37,137 bases of DNA, from positions 1-37,137 of the forward strand of contig CAZJIP010000005.1 of NCBI GenBank assembly GCA_964546105.1, read 5' to 3'. Made by a program: the position numbers and the translations under genes. Position 1 is the stretch's first letter. Each line of letters begins with the position of its first letter. The notes under the pieces are model-generated. The model had not been told where the DNA came from. It searched no databases and saw nothing but the letters and a program-made list of their open reading frames with translations. This stretch comes from an uncultured Methanomassiliicoccales archaeon (GTDB lineage Archaea > Thermoplasmatota > Thermoplasmata > RBG-16-68-12). Positions 1 to 8,483 of this stretch are shown here, in pieces.

Positions 1-263
1 CGGACGCCCAGGGGCGCACGCGGTCCGCCATCGTGGGCCGCCTGAAGATCGAGCGCCGCCCGCTCGTCTTGGTCGAGGCGGAGGCCCCGGGGATGCGGCA
101 CACGACCCTGGTCCAGAACGCGGAGACCATCCGTTTCGTCACGCCGAAGGGCGAGGCGGTCTCCGTAAGCGCCTTGCATGAGGGGGACGAGGTCCTCCTG
201 CATTCCGAGGAAGGCGGGCGCCACTTCGGCATGCGGATCCACGAGACGATCACGGAGCGATGA
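1..263 (+). CDS. aroB': 3-dehydroquinate synthase II (archaeal AroB'), C-terminal fragment; the 5' end lies outside the window
   Basis: Frame 3 is open from position 3. The translation DAQGRTRSAIVGRLKIERRPLVLVEAEA...LVQNAETIRFV...GGRHFGMRIHETITER matches my memory of the conserved C-terminus of type II DHQ synthase (M. jannaschii MJ1249: ..VGRVKIERRPLVLIEAEY..LQNAETIRLV..RHFGM.I.ETIIEK). Stop TGA at 261-263; aroD-aroE starts 4 nt later. Confidence 0.8.
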   Translation, partial: DAQGRTRSAIVGRLKIERRPLVLVEAEAPGMRHTTLVQNAETIRFVTPKGEAVSVSALHEGDEVLLHSEEGGRHFGMRIHETITER

Positions 264-267
264 GCGC

Positions 268-1743
268 ATGCAGGTGGCGGCGGTGATTGCGGCAGGAACG
301 GCGGCGGAGGCAGAGCAGCAGGCTCGGGTGGCCCTCCGCCGGGGCGCCGACCTCGTCGAGCTTCGCTTCGATGCCCTGCGCCACCCGACCGCGCAGGACC
401 TGAAGAAACTGGCGTCCGCCCTGGGGCCGCGCGCGATCGCGACCTTGCGATCGCCGTCCCAGGGCGGCTTTCATCCTGTCGCGGGCGGCATACGCCACGC
501 GCTCCTGCGGGGGGCCTGCCACCTGCCCTTCCGCTACGTGGACGTCGAGCTCACGACGGACGCCGGGCACCTCGAGGAGTACGCGAAGACCGCGAAGAGC
601 CGCGCGAAGGACCTCTTGGTCTCGCACCACTTCGACCGTCCTGTCGAGGCGGACGAGGTGGCCGAGATCCTCGACGCCTGCCTGAGTGCGGGGACCGTGG
701 GCAAGGTGGCCGTTCCGACGGTTTCCCTGGAGTCCGCGGTGGACTTGGTCGACCTCGCACGGGAGTGCAGGTCCCGCCGGTTCGTCCTCCTGGGGATGGG
801 GGAACCAGGCATGCTCACCCGGGCCCTGGCCGCGGATGCGGGCCAGGAGTTCCAATACGCCGTGGGCAACCGGCCGACGGCACCGGGCCAGCTCGCTCTC
901 ACGACCGCCCTGCGCCTCCGCGCGAAGGATGCGTTCGTCCTCGGATTGCTGGGCCACCCGCTTGGCCACTCCGTCTCGCCGCAGATCCACGAGGCCGCCC
1001 TCCAGGCCTTGAGCCTGCCCGGGGCCTACCTGCCCTTCGACGTGCCCCGTGAGTCCCTGGGGCCCTTCCTCGACGCGGTGGAGCGCCTCCGCGTCCGGGG
1101 CTTCAACGTCACGATTCCCCATAAGGAGGCGGTCGCGGACTTCATGGACGAACTCGACGGCGACGCGGGGGCATTGGACGCCGTGAACACGGTGGTCGTG
1201 AAGGAGGGCTGGACCAAGGGCCACAACACGGACGTCTTCGGGTTCCGGATGTCCCTGCGGTCCCTGGGCCTGCGGGTCGGGGACCGTTCCGCGCTGGTTG
1301 TCGGCGCTGGCGGCGCGGCGAAGGCCGTGGTCCATGTGCTCCTCCGCGAGGGAGCGCGGGTCCACGTTGCGAATCGCACGCCCGAGCGCGCCGAGGCCCT
1401 CGCCGACGCCTTCGACGACGAAGTGTCCGTGCTCACCCTCGAGGAAGCCGGCCGCAAGGGGCCTTGGGACCTCCTCGTGAACGCGACCCCCGTGGGGACG
1501 CGCGGCATGGACGCCGGCCTGCCTGTCCCCGAATCCTCGCTCGATCGCACGCGGTTCGTCTACGACCTCGTGTACAATCCGACGGAGACCCCGCTCCTCA
1601 AGGCCGCGCGGCATCGCGGCATCCGCGGGACCAACGGGCTCGAGATGCTCCTGCAACAGGCCGCGGCCTCCTTCGAGCTCTGGACGGGCCGGGCTGCGCC
1701 CTTCCCGGCGATGAAGTCCGCGGCCCAGGAGGCCCTCCGATGA
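268..1743 (+). CDS. aroDE: bifunctional 3-dehydroquinate dehydratase (type I) / shikimate 5-dehydrogenase fusion
   Basis: ATG at 268 (MQVAAVIAAG...). The N-terminal half has type I DHQase motifs (LVELRFD, LLVSHHFDRP, GKVAVP). The C-terminal half has AroE motifs (LLGHPLGHSVSPQIHEAA, NVTIPHKEAV, NTD, VVGAGGAAKAV). It is one uninterrupted ORF. The upstream ORF-track start at 178 overlaps aroB' and looks spurious. Confidence 0.85.
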   Translation: MQVAAVIAAGTAAEAEQQARVALRRGADLVELRFDALRHPTAQDLKKLASALGPRAIATLRSPSQGGFHPVAGGIRHALLRGACHLPFRYVDVELTTDAGHLEEYAKTAKSRAKDLLVSHHFDRPVEADEVAEILDACLSAGTVGKVAVPTVSLESAVDLVDLARECRSRRFVLLGMGEPGMLTRALAADAGQEFQYAVGNRPTAPGQLALTTALRLRAKDAFVLGLLGHPLGHSVSPQIHEAALQALSLPGAYLPFDVPRESLGPFLDAVERLRVRGFNVTIPHKEAVADFMDELDGDAGALDAVNTVVVKEGWTKGHNTDVFGFRMSLRSLGLRVGDRSALVVGAGGAAKAVVHVLLREGARVHVANRTPERAEALADAFDDEVSVLTLEEAGRKGPWDLLVNATPVGTRGMDAGLPVPESSLDRTRFVYDLVYNPTETPLLKAARHRGIRGTNGLEMLLQQAAASFELWTGRAAPFPAMKSAAQEALR

Positions 1744-2597
1744 AGGCCCAGGCCACCTGCTTCGGAGCGGGGACCATCGTGAACGCGATCGCCACGCGCA
1801 AGGGCGCCGCCTTCGGACTCGCGCTCCGGGCCACTGCGGTCGCCGAGTCGGTGCCCAAGGCGGAAGGCCTCCAGGTGCAGGTCGCGGGCGGCGTGGACCC
1901 CACCCTGGCCGTGGGGTGCGCGAAGCGCGTCCTGCGGCGCAGCCGGCGTAAGGCGAGTCTGGCCGTACGCGTGGACTCCGAGATCCCTGTGTCCCGCGGG
2001 CTGAAGAGCAGCTCTGCCGTGGCCAACGCGGTGGTCCTCGCCTCCGCCCGGGCCCTCAGGCTCGAGCTCGAGCCGCTCCAGATCATCGACCTGGGCATCG
2101 AGGCGGCCCTCGAGGCCAAGGTGACCATCACGGGCGCCTTCGACGACGCCTGTGCCTCCTTCTTCGGCGGCGTGGTGGTCACGGACAACCGCGCCCGGAA
2201 GATCGTCAAGGTGGACCGCTTCCCGCCGGGCCTCATGGCCGTCATCCAGATCCCCAAGCGGATCATCACAAAGCCCAGCTTGGCCGCGAAGGACTTCGCC
2301 CCCATCCGCCACCAGGTGGACGAGGCCTATCGCCGCGCGCTCGCGGGCGATTACTTCCATGCCCTCGAGTTGAACAGCGCGGCGTACGCGCCCCTCTTGG
2401 AGATCGACGAGACTCCGGCGAGGCGCGCCCGGGCCGCCGGGGCCATGGCCGCGGGGATCACCGGGGCCGGTCCGGCCATCCTCGCCCTCGTGAAGCCGGC
2501 CCATGTGGAAGCCGTCTCCGAGGCCCTCCGGGACGGGGACTCCGAGGTCCGCGTGGCCAGCCTGAACACGGTCGAGTCCCGGGAGGTGGTGCCGTGA
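1740..2597 (+). CDS. aroK: archaeal (GHMP-family) shikimate kinase
   Basis: ATG 1740 overlaps the aroDE stop (ATGA). MKAQATCFGAGTIVNAIATRKGAAFGL..., SRGLKSSSAVANAVV (GHMP motif) and 285 aa are typical of the MJ1440-type kinase. Operon context supports the call. Confidence 0.8.
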   Translation: MKAQATCFGAGTIVNAIATRKGAAFGLALRATAVAESVPKAEGLQVQVAGGVDPTLAVGCAKRVLRRSRRKASLAVRVDSEIPVSRGLKSSSAVANAVVLASARALRLELEPLQIIDLGIEAALEAKVTITGAFDDACASFFGGVVVTDNRARKIVKVDRFPPGLMAVIQIPKRIITKPSLAAKDFAPIRHQVDEAYRRALAGDYFHALELNSAAYAPLLEIDETPARRARAAGAMAAGITGAGPAILALVKPAHVEAVSEALRDGDSEVRVASLNTVESREVVP

Positions 2598-3865
2598 AGT
2601 TCCGGTCGTGCGCCGCCACGGTGAGCGGCACGGTTCGCGCACCGCCCTCGAAGAGCTACACGCACCGCGCCCTCCTCCTCGCCGCCTTGTCGGGAGGCCC
2701 GTGCCTCGTTTCCCGCCCCCTCCTGTCCGAGGACACGGAGGCCACCGTGGCGGGCATCGAGGCCTTCGGGGCCGAGGTCCACCGCCAGGGAGGAGCGCTC
2801 CGGATCTCGTCCCCCGGGCTCTCGCTCCCCTCGCAGGAGATTGACGCCCGGAACTCGGGCACGACCCTGCGCCTCCTGACGGGGACCGCCTCGCTCCTCG
2901 AGGGCACCACGGTCCTGACAGGCGACGCCAGCCTGCGGAAGCGACCCATGGAACCCCTGCTCGATGCGCTCCGCGGACTCGGGGCGGACGGTCAATCGCT
3001 CGCCGGCGACGGTCGCCCGCCCGTCCGGGTCACTGGCCCCCTCCGGGGCGGCGAGGTGTCGATTCACGGGTCCGTCAGCTCCCAGTTTCTCTCCAGCCTC
3101 CTCTTGGCCTGCCCCCTGGCTCCCGAGGCCACGACGCTCCACGTCCTGCCCCCCATCCTTTCGGAGCCGTACGTCGAAATCACGCGCCACATGCTTCGGA
3201 CCTACGGCGCTGCGGTCGAGGCCCACGGCAACGACTTCCACATCCCTGGCGGGCAGCGCTACAGACCCGCGGACTTTGTTGTGCCCGGGGATTTCTCGTC
3301 CGCGGCATTCCCCTTGGTCGCTGCGGCCATCTCGGGAGGCGACGTGACGGTTGATGGGCTCGATGCCTCCGTCCCCCAGGGAGACCGGCGGATCGCCGAG
3401 ATCCTCGGGGCCTTCGGTGCCTCGGTCAGCCAGCGTCCCGACGCGGTCCGCGTGAGGGGGGCCCCGCTCCGGGCAGAGACCCTAGACGTGTCGGCCACTC
3501 CCGACCTCTTCCCAGTCCTCGCGGTGTTGGCGAGTCAAGCGGAGGGCGAGTCGCGCTTCGTGAATGGGACCCAGCTGCGGCTCAAGGAGAGCGACCGGAT
3601 CGAGACCACGGTGGCCTTCCTCCGGGCCATGGGCGCGGATGCCAAGGGAACCCCGGACGGGTGCGTGATCCGTGGCCCCGCGAAGCTCACCGGGGCCGCG
3701 GTGGACTCCCACGGCGATCACCGCATCCTGATGGCCGCCGCGGTCGCCGGGCTGGTGGCCCAAGACCCTGTGGAGATCACGGACCCTTGGTGCTTCCGCG
3801 TTTCCTATCCGTCGTTCCTTGACGACCTCCGCGCCCTGGGCGCGGAGATGGAGGCGGTCCCCTGA
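2594..3865 (+). CDS. aroA: 3-phosphoshikimate 1-carboxyvinyltransferase (EPSP synthase)
   Basis: GTG 2594 overlaps the aroK stop (GTGA). Motifs: PPSKSYTHRALLLAALS, ARNSGTTLRLLTG, LRKRPM, LKESDRI, HGDHRILMAAAVAGL. Confidence 0.9.
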   Translation: MKFRSCAATVSGTVRAPPSKSYTHRALLLAALSGGPCLVSRPLLSEDTEATVAGIEAFGAEVHRQGGALRISSPGLSLPSQEIDARNSGTTLRLLTGTASLLEGTTVLTGDASLRKRPMEPLLDALRGLGADGQSLAGDGRPPVRVTGPLRGGEVSIHGSVSSQFLSSLLLACPLAPEATTLHVLPPILSEPYVEITRHMLRTYGAAVEAHGNDFHIPGGQRYRPADFVVPGDFSSAAFPLVAAAISGGDVTVDGLDASVPQGDRRIAEILGAFGASVSQRPDAVRVRGAPLRAETLDVSATPDLFPVLAVLASQAEGESRFVNGTQLRLKESDRIETTVAFLRAMGADAKGTPDGCVIRGPAKLTGAAVDSHGDHRILMAAAVAGLVAQDPVEITDPWCFRVSYPSFLDDLRALGAEMEAVP

Positions 3866-4935
3866 ACAGCTTCGGCACCCGCTACCGCACCCTGGTCTTC
3901 GGCACGAGCCACGGCCCCTTCGTGGGCTGCACCCTGGAGGGCCTGAAGGCCGGCACGCCCGTGGACGTCGCGGCGGTGCAGGCCCAGCTCGACCGCCGCC
4001 GGCCCGGACAGAGTCTCGTGACGAGCCAGCGGAAGGAGGAGGATCGGGTGGAGTTTGCCGAGGGCCTTCACGAGGGCGTCACCAGCGGCGAACCCATCGT
4101 CGCGATCATCCGCAATCAGGACGTGCAATCCAAGTCCTACGCGGACGTCGCCCGCGTGCCGCGTCCGGGCCACGGGGACTTCACCGCGAGGATGAAGTAC
4201 GGCGGCAAGAGCGACCTCCGCGGCGGGGGCCAGCTCAGCGGCCGCATGACCGCACCCCTCGTGGTCTCCGGGGCCGTGGCCCGCCAGGTGCTCGCGCCCC
4301 TGGGCGTGCGATTCCACGCCCAGGCGGTCCAGATCGCCGATGTGGTCGCGAGGCCCATGACCCCGGAGGAGATTGAGGCGAACGTGGAGCGCACCCCGGT
4401 CCGATGCGCCGACCTCGACGCCGCGGACCGCATGCTGGCGGCCATCGAGGCCGCGCGGTGGGATCGAGACAGCGTGGGCGGGATCATCGAGGGGATCGTC
4501 ACGGGGCTCCCCGTCGGCGTGGGCGAACCGTTCTTCGACTCCGTCGAGGCCAGCCTGGCCCACCTGTTCTTCTCGATTCCCGCGGTCAAGGGGGTCGACT
4601 TCGGCGCGGGCTTCCGCGCCGCCTCCATGCGGGGGAGCGAGCACAACGACGCCTTCGTCGTCCGAGAGGGCCAGGTGGCCACCGCGACCAACCATGCGGG
4701 CGGGATCCTCGGCGGCATCTCGAACGGCATGCCCGTGACGTTCCGCGTGGTCGTGAAGCCGACTCCATCCATCGCGAGGCCGCAACGGTCCGTGGACCTG
4801 GAGACCATGCAGGAAACGGAAATCGTGGTCACGGGCCGGCACGACCCCTGCATCGTTCCGCGCGCCGTGCCCGTGGTCGAGAATGCGGCGGCGATGGCGG
4901 TCCTGGACCTCATGTTCCAAGGAGGATTCCTGTGA
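3862..4935 (+). CDS. aroC: chorismate synthase; start most likely a non-canonical CTG at 3862 (the ORF-track start GTG 3922 truncates a conserved block)
   Basis: Codons 3865-3921 read NSFGTRYRTLVFGTSHGPFVGC, the conserved AroC N-terminus. Downstream motifs: LDRRRPGQS, RPGHGDFT, LRGGGQLSGR, GGILGGISNG, TGRHDPC. Identity is high confidence; the start codon is uncertain. Confidence 0.8.
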   Translation: MNSFGTRYRTLVFGTSHGPFVGCTLEGLKAGTPVDVAAVQAQLDRRRPGQSLVTSQRKEEDRVEFAEGLHEGVTSGEPIVAIIRNQDVQSKSYADVARVPRPGHGDFTARMKYGGKSDLRGGGQLSGRMTAPLVVSGAVARQVLAPLGVRFHAQAVQIADVVARPMTPEEIEANVERTPVRCADLDAADRMLAAIEAARWDRDSVGGIIEGIVTGLPVGVGEPFFDSVEASLAHLFFSIPAVKGVDFGAGFRAASMRGSEHNDAFVVREGQVATATNHAGGILGGISNGMPVTFRVVVKPTPSIARPQRSVDLETMQETEIVVTGRHDPCIVPRAVPVVENAAAMAVLDLMFQGGFL

Positions 4936-5999
4936 GCGAGAGCGAGATTGCGCGACTACGGCAGGAGATCGCGTCGGTGGACCGAGAGATCGTGGGCCTC
5001 GTCGCCCGGAGGCTCTACCTCGCGGAGCAGGTCGGCTGGGAGAAGCATCTTTCGGGCCAACCCGTCCGCGCCGCCGAGGTCGAGGCCCAGGTGACCGCCC
5101 GCATCGAGGCGGAGGCTGCCGTGCGCGGCGTCGGCTCCGAAGTTGCAAGGTCCCTGAGCCGCCTCCTGATCGAGGAGAGCGTCCATCGCCAGGAGTCCCT
5201 CGCCCCTCCGGAGCGGGAACGGGGGAGCGCCTTGGTGGTCGGCGGAGCGGGCCGGATGGGTCGGTGGCTGTGCCGCCACCTGGAGGCCCAGGGATACCGC
5301 GTAACCGTGCACGATGCCGCGGGCCCCCAGGTCGACCTGCCTCGTACCGCGGCCACTGCGGACGTGGTCGCGGTCGCGGTCCCCATGGATGCCGCGGCGT
5401 CGGTCCTCGATACGGTGGGAGATGCGAAACCTGCGGGGCTCGTCTTCGACGTGTCGAGCCTCAAGACGCCCGTGGCCCGTGTCCTCCGGTCCCTGGCGGG
5501 AGAAGGACATGCGGTCGCGAGCGTCCATCCCCTCTTCGGCCCCTACTTCGGGCCGCTCTCCCAGGCCACGATCCTCCTGAGCGATTGCGGCAGCCCCGCC
5601 GGGTTGGAGAAGGCCCGAGACCTGTTCCGGGGGACGGATGCCCATCTCGTCGATGTGCCCCTGGAAAACCACGACGAGATGATGGCCACTCTCCTCGGCC
5701 TGAGCCACCTCACGCTCCTGTCCTTCGCCCGCGCAGCCGCCCGCGCGCCCATCGACGTGAATCCCTTCCCGACCGAGGGCACGACGTTTGCCCGGCTGGC
5801 CACAATCGCCCGCGGCCTGTTGGACGACTCGCCGGTCCTCCTCCGCGAGATTCAGGCGCTCAACCCCCACACGCCCGACGTCCGGCGGCGTCTCCTCCAG
5901 GCCATCGAGGAGTGGACCCGCGCCGCGGCGGATTCCGATGGGAAGGCTTTCGTCACGCTCCTTGAAGAATCCCGAAACCTAGGAGGCGCACCGCGATGA
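4932..5999 (+). CDS. tyrA: chorismate mutase / prephenate dehydrogenase fusion
   Basis: GTG 4932 overlaps the aroC stop (GTGA). N-terminal AroQ-type CM helix (IARLRQEIASVDREIVGLVARRLYLAEQV). This is followed by a Rossmann motif (LVVGGAGRMGRWL) and a PDH core (SVHPLFGP, HDEMMATLLGLSHL). Confidence 0.8.
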   Translation: MSESEIARLRQEIASVDREIVGLVARRLYLAEQVGWEKHLSGQPVRAAEVEAQVTARIEAEAAVRGVGSEVARSLSRLLIEESVHRQESLAPPERERGSALVVGGAGRMGRWLCRHLEAQGYRVTVHDAAGPQVDLPRTAATADVVAVAVPMDAAASVLDTVGDAKPAGLVFDVSSLKTPVARVLRSLAGEGHAVASVHPLFGPYFGPLSQATILLSDCGSPAGLEKARDLFRGTDAHLVDVPLENHDEMMATLLGLSHLTLLSFARAAARAPIDVNPFPTEGTTFARLATIARGLLDDSPVLLREIQALNPHTPDVRRRLLQAIEEWTRAAADSDGKAFVTLLEESRNLGGAPR

Positions 6000-7060
6000 G
6001 CAAGATCCCCGTGGCCGTGCTCGGCGCGACCGGCAACATCGGCCAGCGATTCGTCAGCCTGCTCCAGGACCACCCCATGTTCGAGCTCGCCGTCCTGTGC
6101 TCGAGCGACCGCAAGGTCGGCGGCCGCCTCGCGGACTACTGGCGCCTCGACGACGCGGTCTTGGATTCCGCGGTGGGTGAGATGGGACTCCAGCCCCTGG
6201 AGCCGAAGGTCCTAGTTCGCGGCGGCGTGAGGGCCGCGTTCAGCGCCCTGCCCACGGATGTGGCGGGAGACCTGGAGGCGGAGGCCGCGCGTGCCGGCGT
6301 GGCGATCTTCTCCAACGCTTCGTCCCATCGGATGGAGGCCGACGTCCCCCTGCTCGTCCCCGAGGTGAACCCGGACCACATCGCCCTCATCGAGCGCCAG
6401 CGCACGTACCGGGACGGCGGCTTCCTCACGACGAACCCGAACTGCTCCATCACGGGCCTCGTCCTCGCGCTCAAGCCCCTGGCGGACGCCTTCGACTTCT
6501 CCGAGGTCCACGTGTCCACGTACCAGGCCCTCTCGGGCGCCGGATATCCGGGGGTGGCGTCCCTGGACATCGTCGGAAACGTGCTGCCGTTCATCGAGAG
6601 CGAGGAGGAAAAGATGCGGCGCGAGGCGAAGAAGCTCCTGGGCACCCTGCGATCCGGCGTCGTGCCGAGTCCCCTGGACGTTTGGGCGAACTGCGTCCGC
6701 GTCGCGGTGCGGGAAGGGCATCTGGAGGCACTCTCGATCCCATTGCACGAGGACGTGGCCGAGGCGGACGTGGCCCGGGTGCTCTCGTCGTTCCGCGGCG
6801 AGCCGCAGCGCCGCAAGCTCCCGACGGCCCCGAGGCAGCCCGTCATCGTGCGCATGGAGCGGAACCGGCCGCAGCCTCTCCTCGATGCGAATGCGGGGGA
6901 GCCGGAGCGGGCGCGCGGGATGGCCGCCACGGTCGGCCGCATCCGGGTCACGGACCGCAACCTGCGCCTTTTCCTCCTATCCCACAACACGCTTCGCGGC
7001 GGAGCGGGAGGGAGCGTACTGAACGCGGAGCTGGCCTGCCGGAGGGGATACCTTGCCTGA
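5996..7060 (+). CDS. asd: aspartate-semialdehyde dehydrogenase
   Basis: ATG 5996 overlaps the tyrA stop (ATGA). Motifs: VAVLGATGNIGQRF, active-site NPNCSITGLVLALKPL, YQALSGAGY, SHNTLRGGAG. Confidence 0.9.
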   Translation: MSKIPVAVLGATGNIGQRFVSLLQDHPMFELAVLCSSDRKVGGRLADYWRLDDAVLDSAVGEMGLQPLEPKVLVRGGVRAAFSALPTDVAGDLEAEAARAGVAIFSNASSHRMEADVPLLVPEVNPDHIALIERQRTYRDGGFLTTNPNCSITGLVLALKPLADAFDFSEVHVSTYQALSGAGYPGVASLDIVGNVLPFIESEEEKMRREAKKLLGTLRSGVVPSPLDVWANCVRVAVREGHLEALSIPLHEDVAEADVARVLSSFRGEPQRRKLPTAPRQPVIVRMERNRPQPLLDANAGEPERARGMAATVGRIRVTDRNLRLFLLSHNTLRGGAGGSVLNAELACRRGYLA

Positions 7061-8483
7061 GACGGACAAGGTGGCCAAGTTCGGCGGAGCCTGCGTCAGC
7101 AAGTCGGAGATGTACGACCGGGTGGCGGCAATCCTCCAGTCCGACACCACGCGGCGGTTCGTCGTGGTCTCCGCGGTCGCCGGCGTGACGGACTCCCTGG
7201 TCCAGACCCTCGGCAGGCCGCGGGAGGAGAAGGAGCTCGACCTCTTCCTCGCGGACCTCAAGAAGAAGCATCTCGCGCTGCTGCCGAAGGCCCGTGCGGG
7301 TCACGAGCGCACGCTCGAGGCCATCGAGGCCCTCGCCACGAAGCTCGGGCGCCTCCTGTACGGGATCGCCTACACGGAGGAGATCACCCCGCGGATCCGG
7401 GACTTCGCCCTCTCCTTCGGCGAGCGGATGTCGGCGCAGGTGGTCGCGGCGAACCTCCGAAGCCGCGGGCTCGACGCAGAGGCGTTTGAGGCGGACCAGA
7501 TTGGCCTCATGACGGACGAGAACTACGGGAACGCGACCGCTCTGCTCCCGGAGACGAGGGACCACATGGCCCCCCTCCTGCGCCGCCAGGCGGATGCCGG
7601 CCATGTCAGTGTGATCACGGGCTTCTTCGGCCTGTCGCCCGAGGGCAAGACCGCGACGTTCGGCCGCGGCGGCTCCGACTACAGCGCGGCCGTCGTCGCG
7701 AACGCCCTGGATCTGCGGACCGTGGAGATCTGGAAGGACGTGGGCGGCTTCATGAGCGCGGACCCGAAGATCGTCCCGGAGGCCTTCCCTCTCTCCGTCC
7801 TCTCCTACGACGAGGCCGCGGAGCTCTCCTACTTCGGGGCCAAGGTCCTGCATCCGCGGGCCGTCCAGCCCGCCCGAGCGTGCGGCGCCTCCCTCTACCT
7901 GAAGAACATCTACCGCCCGGAGGAGACAGGCACCCGGATCGGTCCCGACACGGTGGACAAGAGCGGGGACGTGAAGAGCGTCTCCTACGTCCGCGACCTG
8001 GCGACCCTCAAGGTGTACGCGACCGGCCTGGGGTCCGACGAAGTCCTGCTGTCCCAGAGCTCGACCGCCCTGGCGAATGCGGGCGTCAACATCTACAGCG
8101 CCGCGACGTCCCAGACCTGCGTGGCTTTCCTCATCGAGTCGGATGCGGTGAGCCGCGCGAAGAAGGCCCTGTCGCGGATCTCCGATCTCCCCCTGGAACG
8201 CGTGGAGATTTCTCCGCACGCCTCCCTGATCTGCTTCGTCGGCGAGGGCATCGGCCACGCCCACGGCATCGCGGCGCGCGTGTTCCGCGCGGTGGCGGAC
8301 CTCGGCATCAACGTGCAGTTCATCACCGCGGGGGCGTCCATGGTCGCCTACCAGTTCACCGTGGACACGAAGGACCTCGACGAGGCGGTGCGTGCGGTCC
8401 ACCGGGAGTTCTTCGGGAATGGCGAGAAGCGCCACGGCTCGCCGCCCTCGGCTCTCCCCCCGGCCGCATCGCCGGCGTCCTAG
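7053..8483 (+). CDS. ask: aspartate kinase with C-terminal ACT domains
   Basis: Motifs: KFGGACV, VVVSAVAGVTD, GRGGSDYSAAVVANAL, EIWKDVGGFMSADPK, YDEAAELSYFGAKVLHP. The TTG 7053 start overlaps asd by 8 nt; GTG 7071 is an alternative start. Confidence 0.88.
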   Translation: MPETDKVAKFGGACVSKSEMYDRVAAILQSDTTRRFVVVSAVAGVTDSLVQTLGRPREEKELDLFLADLKKKHLALLPKARAGHERTLEAIEALATKLGRLLYGIAYTEEITPRIRDFALSFGERMSAQVVAANLRSRGLDAEAFEADQIGLMTDENYGNATALLPETRDHMAPLLRRQADAGHVSVITGFFGLSPEGKTATFGRGGSDYSAAVVANALDLRTVEIWKDVGGFMSADPKIVPEAFPLSVLSYDEAAELSYFGAKVLHPRAVQPARACGASLYLKNIYRPEETGTRIGPDTVDKSGDVKSVSYVRDLATLKVYATGLGSDEVLLSQSSTALANAGVNIYSAATSQTCVAFLIESDAVSRAKKALSRISDLPLERVEISPHASLICFVGEGIGHAHGIAARVFRAVADLGINVQFITAGASMVAYQFTVDTKDLDEAVRAVHREFFGNGEKRHGSPPSALPPAASPAS

